This document shows, piece by piece, positions 59,164 through 64,000 of a stretch of 64,000 nt of DNA. Source of the stretch: an uncultured Verrucomicrobiae bacterium (GTDB lineage Bacteria; Verrucomicrobiota; Verrucomicrobiia; Limisphaerales; Palsa-1400); the NCBI GenBank assembly GCA_963707025.1, contig CAVPOM010000009.1, positions 160,001-224,000 on the forward strand. The letters are read 5' to 3'. How positions within the stretch are numbered: the stretch's first letter is position 1; the number at the start of each line of letters is the position of its first letter. The position numbers and the translations under genes were made by a program. Below the pieces are notes generated by a model. It was not told the DNA's origin, did not search any database, and was given only the letters and a program-made list of their open reading frames with translations.

Positions 59164-59211
59164 TGTCCGGGAATTTCCCGACACCAACATTCTGTTTTCT
59201 CCGACTGTTCG
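59164..59211 (+). promoter_or_regulatory. 48-bp intergenic motif, copy 2
   Basis: TGTCCGGGAATTTCCCGACACCAACATTCTGTTTTCTCCGACTGTTCG, followed by TATTCT at 59230. Confidence 0.8.
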
Positions 59212-59247
59212 AGATTCACGCCTTCCCGCTATTCTCACGGATAAATC

Positions 59248-59463
59248 ATGAATGCAACCATTGAGCAAAAAATCATAATCACCCCGGCTGCCATCGCCAA
59301 AGTGGCCTGGCAAATCTGGGAGAAGGAAGGGCGTCAACCCGGCCGGGATCTGGATTACTGGCTCCGGGCCGAGCAGCAGGTTCTGGCAGCCAGTCTGCAG
59401 GAAAGCAGCCGCACCAATGCTGGAGCGCCCTTGTGGGAACCCGTGGCCGAAATGCCGTGGTAG
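59248..59463 (+). CDS. DUF2934-domain protein
   Basis: IAKVAWQIWEKEGRQPGRDLDYWLRAEQQV. Confidence 0.85.
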   Translation: MNATIEQKIIITPAAIAKVAWQIWEKEGRQPGRDLDYWLRAEQQVLAASLQESSRTNAGAPLWEPVAEMPW

Positions 59464-59494
59464 CCGCACCGCCGCGCCACCAGCATCCAAAATA

Positions 59495-59923
59495 ATGGAG
59501 CCGACGATGACGGCCGTCATCATTTACGATGACTTCGCTTGCGCGCTCAAGGCCAGGGCCATGCTCAAGCAGGCGGGGCATCGCGCGGACGCGGCGGTTC
59601 TGTGGAGGGTCAAACCCTGGCGGCTGGACGAACTGATGCGGCCCTTGACCGCAGACGCGGCGCTGGAGGAAGCGGCCGACGCGCACCTGATTGTGCTCGC
59701 TCTGCGTCATCTCCAGCATATTCCCGCCCGGGTGCAGGACTGGCTGGAGCACTGGGCGGCGCACCGGCAGTTCCAGAACGTCGCCCTGGCCGCTTGGGAT
59801 GGCGGAAACGGCGACGGGCTTTCCGCGACGGCGCCCGGCGAGCTGTCGCAATTCGCCCAGCGCCATGGTTTGCGCTTCCTTTTTGGCGACACCGTTCCGG
59901 CTGAAGACGGATTGGCAGTTTGA
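59495..59923 (+). CDS. Hypothetical protein (possible degenerate receiver-like fold)
   Basis: TAVIIYDD, W..KPWRLDEL, ADAHLIVLAL, WLEHW; host-like codon use. Confidence 0.6.
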   Translation: MEPTMTAVIIYDDFACALKARAMLKQAGHRADAAVLWRVKPWRLDELMRPLTADAALEEAADAHLIVLALRHLQHIPARVQDWLEHWAAHRQFQNVALAAWDGGNGDGLSATAPGELSQFAQRHGLRFLFGDTVPAEDGLAV

Positions 59924-59977
59924 GACCAGCGGCGAGGAAAACGCCAGCAAGGAAATCCCTGTGAAAAACAACGTCAT

Positions 59978-60025
59978 TGTCCGGGATTCCCCTGACACAG
60001 AGATTCTGTTTTCTCCGACTGTTCG
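59978..60025 (+). promoter_or_regulatory. 48-bp intergenic motif, copy 3
   Basis: TGTCCGGGATTCCCCTGACACAGAGATTCTGTTTTCTCCGACTGTTCG, followed by TATTCT. Confidence 0.8.
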
Positions 60026-60161
60026 AGAGCGAGCCTTCCGAATTATTCTCGCGCCCATGACAGGACTCGCCGTGACGAGTTCGGAAGGCAGAATGGCCGC
60101 CAGCCCTGGTCGCAGTTACAGCGGACTGGAAGAGATGATGCACCATCAACGAGCATGAATT

Positions 60162-60671
60162 ATGAAAGCACGCAATGAGCAAAATTCAATGATCACCGAA
60201 GCGGAGATCGCTGCCGCCTGCTGGCAAATCTGGCGGGAAGAGGATCGGGGTCAAACCGGCCGGGCCAACGAATACTGGCGCACGGTTGAGCTGAGTCTTG
60301 AGCAGCACGAGGTTGCTGGGGCGGCCTGGGAGATCTGGGAGAAGGAAGGCCGTCAAGACGGCCGGGCCTTGGAATACTGGACCAGGGCCGAGCAGCAGGT
60401 TCTGGCAGCCCGACAGCAGGGAAGCAGCCGGACAAATGGCGCAACCCCCAGCCGGGCCGCCCCGGCGCCCAGGGCAAATGGCGCCCCCGCCACGGGCGGG
60501 GATCTGGAGCCGGGCCTCTCGAAGAGGCCAAAGACGCCACCGGCCGTTTCCATCCGCGCCAACGGATTGGAGCGGGCGGCGCTTTGGCCACGCAACACAA
60601 GCCGCGGCAGGGATGACCGCGCGGAGGCGGCTCGACGCCAAGAGCCGCAGGGGGCGATGGTGTTGGCGTGA
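60162..60671 (+). CDS. Tandem DUF2934-domain protein with low-complexity tail
   Basis: IAAACWQIWREE..GRANEYW and VAGAAWEIWEKEGRQDGRALEYWTRAEQQV. Confidence 0.8.
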   Translation: MKARNEQNSMITEAEIAAACWQIWREEDRGQTGRANEYWRTVELSLEQHEVAGAAWEIWEKEGRQDGRALEYWTRAEQQVLAARQQGSSRTNGATPSRAAPAPRANGAPATGGDLEPGLSKRPKTPPAVSIRANGLERAALWPRNTSRGRDDRAEAARRQEPQGAMVLA

Positions 60672-60797
60672 ATTACCCGGTGCGCCGCCACCAGGGGATC
60701 GCAAGGCGGCGGCGCGCCGAAGGGAAGGCCGCGGGTTGGCGGGTTTCCCTCAACCGCAAGAGAAAAACTTAACCGAAATAAACCGGAGGAAATAATT

Positions 60798-61547
60798 ATG
60801 CAAAAAGATCTGACTGGACGAATCGCCTTGGTGACCGGAGCGGCGCGAGGCATTGGCCGCGCCACCGCCCTGGCCCTGGCCGCGCAGGGCGCGGATGTGG
60901 TGGTGAATTACCAAAATTCCGACGGACCCGCCGATGAGGTCTGCCATCTGGTGCGCGAGCAGGGAGTTCGCGGCAAGGTCTGCAAGGCCAACGTCTCCAA
61001 CGCGGAGGAGGTCAAACGCATGGTCCTGGAAATCAGGACCGAGCTGGGGCCGATCACCATTCTTGTCAACAATGCCGGCATCACCCGGGACCGCTCCTTC
61101 TTGAAGATGACGCGGGCGATGTGGGACGAAGTCCTGGGCGTCAACCTCAACGGCCCCTTCAACACCACCCAGGCGGTGCTGCCCGGCATGGTCGAGGCCG
61201 GCTGGGGCCGCGTCATCAACCTGGCTTCCGTCGTCGGCTTGACCGGCAATTTTGGCCAGGCCAATTACTCCACCACCAAGGGCGGCCTGGTCGCCTTCAC
61301 CATGACCCTGGCGCGCGAAGTGGCCCGCAAAGGCATCACCGCCAACGCCGTCGCCCCTGGCTTCATTGCCACCGACATGACCAAGGATGTGCCGGCCGTG
61401 GCGCTGGACTCGGTCAAAGCCATGACGCCGATGGGCCGCCTGGGAACGCCGGAGGAAGTGGCCGACGCCGTGGTCTTCCTGGCCAGCCCGCGCGCCAGCT
61501 TTATCACCGGCCAGGTCCTCTCCGTCAACGGCGGCATGTATATGTAA
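60798..61547 (+). CDS. 3-oxoacyl / acetoacetyl-CoA reductase (PhaB/FabG-type SDR)
   Basis: GGAGG RBS; TGAARGIG, NNAGITRD, GNFGQANYSTTK, VNGGMYM; near phaR. Confidence 0.9.
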   Translation: MQKDLTGRIALVTGAARGIGRATALALAAQGADVVVNYQNSDGPADEVCHLVREQGVRGKVCKANVSNAEEVKRMVLEIRTELGPITILVNNAGITRDRSFLKMTRAMWDEVLGVNLNGPFNTTQAVLPGMVEAGWGRVINLASVVGLTGNFGQANYSTTKGGLVAFTMTLAREVARKGITANAVAPGFIATDMTKDVPAVALDSVKAMTPMGRLGTPEEVADAVVFLASPRASFITGQVLSVNGGMYM

Positions 61548-61586
61548 CAGCCCGGTTTTGCAAAGGAACACTGGCCAACGCGGACC

Positions 61587-62411
61587 CTAGACCGCCGGGC
61601 GGTATCCCGCATCGGTCCAGAGCGATCCGCTCACCGCTGAATTGGAAATCATGAAACAGATCGCGTCGGCAATTTCCTCCGGCTGGATCAACCGTTTGAG
61701 CGAGGTGAGGGGAATGATGCGCTCGCGAATGATCTCTTCCCCCAACGCCCGCACCATGGGCGTATCGGTATAGCCCGGATGCAAGATGCCACAGCGCACC
61801 CCATGAAAGATCGCCTCCATCATCAAGGTCGCCGCCGCGCCGGCCAGCCCGGCCTTGGCGGCGGCATACCCGATCTGGCCCTTGTTCCCCAGCGTAGAAA
61901 CCGATCCGATGAAAATGACGTTGCCCTGAATTTCCTCTTGCGGCGTCCAGCGGCCCAGTCCGGCCGCCTTGCGGCTGCGGGCGATGGCCGCCACCATCTC
62001 CAACGCCCAATAAACCGGCGCGATCAGGTTGATTTCCGTCAAGGTCCGGAATTTTTCCACGGCATAGACCAGCACTTCCCCGCTCTGCTTGTCCGTCTTG
62101 ACCGCCAGTTCGTCCAGCGTGATGCCGGCCGCCGGCACACAGACGCTGACCAATCCCTGCTGGGCCAATGTTTCGGTATAAACCGCCTTGCGAAAAACGG
62201 CGTCGGTCACGTCGCCACAGAAGGGCAGGGCGACCGTCCCGCCCTGCAACTCGTTGACGGCCTTGCACAGGTCAACCACCCCCTTGGAACGGTCCACCAG
62301 GGCCAGCGCCTTGGCGCGGCGCCGCGCCAGTTCCAGGGCCGTGGCGCGGCCAATGCCGCCGGCGGCTCCTGTGATCAATGCCACTTTGCCTTCGATGTTA
62401 TTCGTGTTCAT
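61587..62411 (-). CDS. Short-chain dehydrogenase/reductase
   Basis: TGAAGGIG, AGITLD, GNKGQIGYAAAK, HPGYTDTPM. Confidence 0.9.
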   Translation of the reverse strand: MNTNNIEGKVALITGAAGGIGRATALELARRRAKALALVDRSKGVVDLCKAVNELQGGTVALPFCGDVTDAVFRKAVYTETLAQQGLVSVCVPAAGITLDELAVKTDKQSGEVLVYAVEKFRTLTEINLIAPVYWALEMVAAIARSRKAAGLGRWTPQEEIQGNVIFIGSVSTLGNKGQIGYAAAKAGLAGAAATLMMEAIFHGVRCGILHPGYTDTPMVRALGEEIIRERIIPLTSLKRLIQPEEIADAICFMISNSAVSGSLWTDAGYRPAV

Positions 62412-62628
62412 GACATAAAACAGTTGAGGTTGAGCACAAAATCAGTTCACCGGCATTTTACTCCCGTCCGCCCCGGAGTCAAGGGATTTTTTGTGCGTCC
62501 GCACTACGCGGCGCGGCCGGGCGCCGAAAAATCCCTTTTCCCTTGCGAAGAACGGCCAAATGCGCCAGAGTGTCTCCCGGCCCGCCGCTGTGGCGGGACT
62601 GGTTTTGCCAACGCACAATTATTTAGCC

Positions 62629-63246
62629 ATGAGCACGGACACCCGCACGCCGCCGCAACTGATCGAAATCCGCAAGTACCCCAACCGGCGCTATTACGAC
62701 GCGACCCGCAGCCGGCATCTGACGCTGGAGCAAATCCACGCCTTGATTCGGGAGGGATGCAATGTGCGGGTGGTGGATTCGCAAACCTCGGCCGATATCA
62801 CCGGCAAGGTCCTGACCCAGATCATCCTCGAACTGGACGCGCCCAAGCTGGAGCTTTTTCCCGCCGCCATGCTGACGGAGATGATCCGCGTCAACGACCG
62901 CTTCGTGAAGGGGTTTTTCGAGAGATTCCTCGGCCAGGCCTTCGAGGGTTTCATGGAATACCAACGGCGCCTGGGCATGCAAATGCAGCCGGGGGCGGGC
63001 TGGCCCGACTTCCTCTCACCCTTGGCCGCCTGGACAAACGCCCTGAGCCAGCCCCTTCCCAAGCCGCCGGACCATCCACCGGCCGGGAACCAGCCCGTTG
63101 CCGCCCAGGAGCCCGGCCGGGCCGGTTCGGTCCAGCGCCTGCAGCGGCGCGTGCAGAGCCTGGAACGGAAGCTGGCGGCCAAAACGCGCCGTCCGCGGCG
63201 CCCCTCACCCCGGCCATCCCCGGCCCCGGCCCGGCCCAAAAAATAA
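62629..63246 (+). CDS. phaR: Polyhydroxyalkanoate synthesis regulator PhaR
   Basis: IRKYPNRRYYD..RSRHLTLEQI..LIREG..VRVVDSQT.ADIT..VLTQIILE. Confidence 0.88.
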   Translation: MSTDTRTPPQLIEIRKYPNRRYYDATRSRHLTLEQIHALIREGCNVRVVDSQTSADITGKVLTQIILELDAPKLELFPAAMLTEMIRVNDRFVKGFFERFLGQAFEGFMEYQRRLGMQMQPGAGWPDFLSPLAAWTNALSQPLPKPPDHPPAGNQPVAAQEPGRAGSVQRLQRRVQSLERKLAAKTRRPRRPSPRPSPAPARPKK

Positions 63247-63262
63247 TTGTGCATTTGCACAA
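63247..63262. promoter_or_regulatory. Putative PhaR operator
   Basis: Perfect 7-bp arms TTGTGCA-TT-TGCACAA; variants at 62491, 62603 and 63382. Confidence 0.65.
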
Positions 63263-63434
63263 TTTTTCCATTGACACCCGGCGGATCCGTGTGCTAACGT
63301 GCTCGCACGGAATCGAAATGCAACCCGGTGTCGCATGGGATTGCCACGGCCGGGACCGGGTGGTGGCACGGGCCGATAACATAGTGCAAACGCACAACAA
63401 GTAAGAACCAACAAAAAAAGAAAGGACAGGTATT

Positions 63435-63941
63435 ATGCCAGAGAAATTCAAACCCGCGGGAACAGAGTTGTTCGAACAAGCCCTCAAAAACTACGACCAG
63501 GCCTTCCAAGCCGGCCTGACGGCGCAGGAGGAGGCCATCAAAGGGCTGTTGGACTGCGCCGCCAAAATGCAGGCGCCTGAAGATTGGCAGAAGCGCTGGA
63601 GCGCGACGGTCATGGAAAGCCTGCCGCTGGCCCAGAAGCGAATCGAGGAATCGCTGCAAATGGTCGAACAGTGCAGCCACACCAGCCTGGACTTTCTGAA
63701 ACAGGCCTTTGAGGCCGGCAAAATTGAGTGTGACGATGGCATGCCAACCAAAGTACAGGAGCTTTGGGAAGCCTCCTTGCAGACGCTGCGCACCAACGCC
63801 CCGGCCTTCACCCAATTCAACGCCAAAGCCGTTGAATCCTGGGTGCAGGTACCCTGCAGAAAGCCGTCGAACCCCCCGCCGCCGCCCCCAAAGCCAAGGC
63901 GGCCTGATCGCCAACCCCCAGCCCTGAGGACAAACCCATGA
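63435..63941 (+). CDS. Phasin-like / PHA-granule-associated helical protein
   Basis: AAGGACAGG RBS; amphipathic Q/E/A-rich helices; sits between phaR and a thiolase. Confidence 0.5.
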   Translation: MPEKFKPAGTELFEQALKNYDQAFQAGLTAQEEAIKGLLDCAAKMQAPEDWQKRWSATVMESLPLAQKRIEESLQMVEQCSHTSLDFLKQAFEAGKIECDDGMPTKVQELWEASLQTLRTNAPAFTQFNAKAVESWVQVPCRKPSNPPPPPPKPRRPDRQPPALRTNP

Positions 63942-64000
63942 TCAAAAATGTCTATCTGTCGGGAGCCGTTCGCAGCGCCGTCGGCGGATTTTGTGGCGCT
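63938..64000 (+). CDS. Thiolase (PhaA/AtoB-like), 3'-truncated by window edge
   Basis: MIKNVYLSGAVRSAVGGFCGA matches the thiolase N-terminal pattern; ATGA overlap with the upstream stop. Confidence 0.7.
   Translation, partial: MIKNVYLSGAVRSAVGGFCGA

Noticed and set aside
57979..60025. 48-bp repeats as a CRISPR array
   Set aside because: Copies are 0.8-1.2 kb apart with genes between them, are not identical, and no cas genes are present.

Overview
GC-rich bacterial chromosome segment, most consistent with Verrucomicrobiota subdivision 3 (Pedosphaera/Limisphaera-like). This is inferred from the dnaB-bamA-skp order, a stand-alone SWIB protein, a DUF1501/DUF1549-DUF1553 cytochrome pair and a serpin with an 'LSWP...FFRL' tail. 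Core genes (dnaB, bamA, skp, clpB, pheA, scpAB) are interleaved with accessory DNA: a type II restriction-modification cassette with a controller protein and three matching operator boxes; three toxin-antitoxin pairs; a 1.3-kb repeat/MITE-rich spacer; an island-like block (serpin, rsbRSTX stressosome wired to a two-component system, a second signalling operon, tRNA-Leu, integrase remnant); a third signalling operon followed by a triplicated promoter in front of a cysteine-less radical-SAM homolog and DUF2934 genes; and the start of a PHA cluster (phaB-like, phaR, phasin-like, thiolase). The most novel-looking signal is a tandem pair of 119-bp units at 29335-29575, each with a sigma-54-type promoter followed by a conserved ~72-nt hairpin RNA (candidate sRNA family). 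Three genes carry single-base insertions and two ORFs carry in-frame TAGs; these may be assembly errors. All calls come from reading the sequence by eye; no searches were run.
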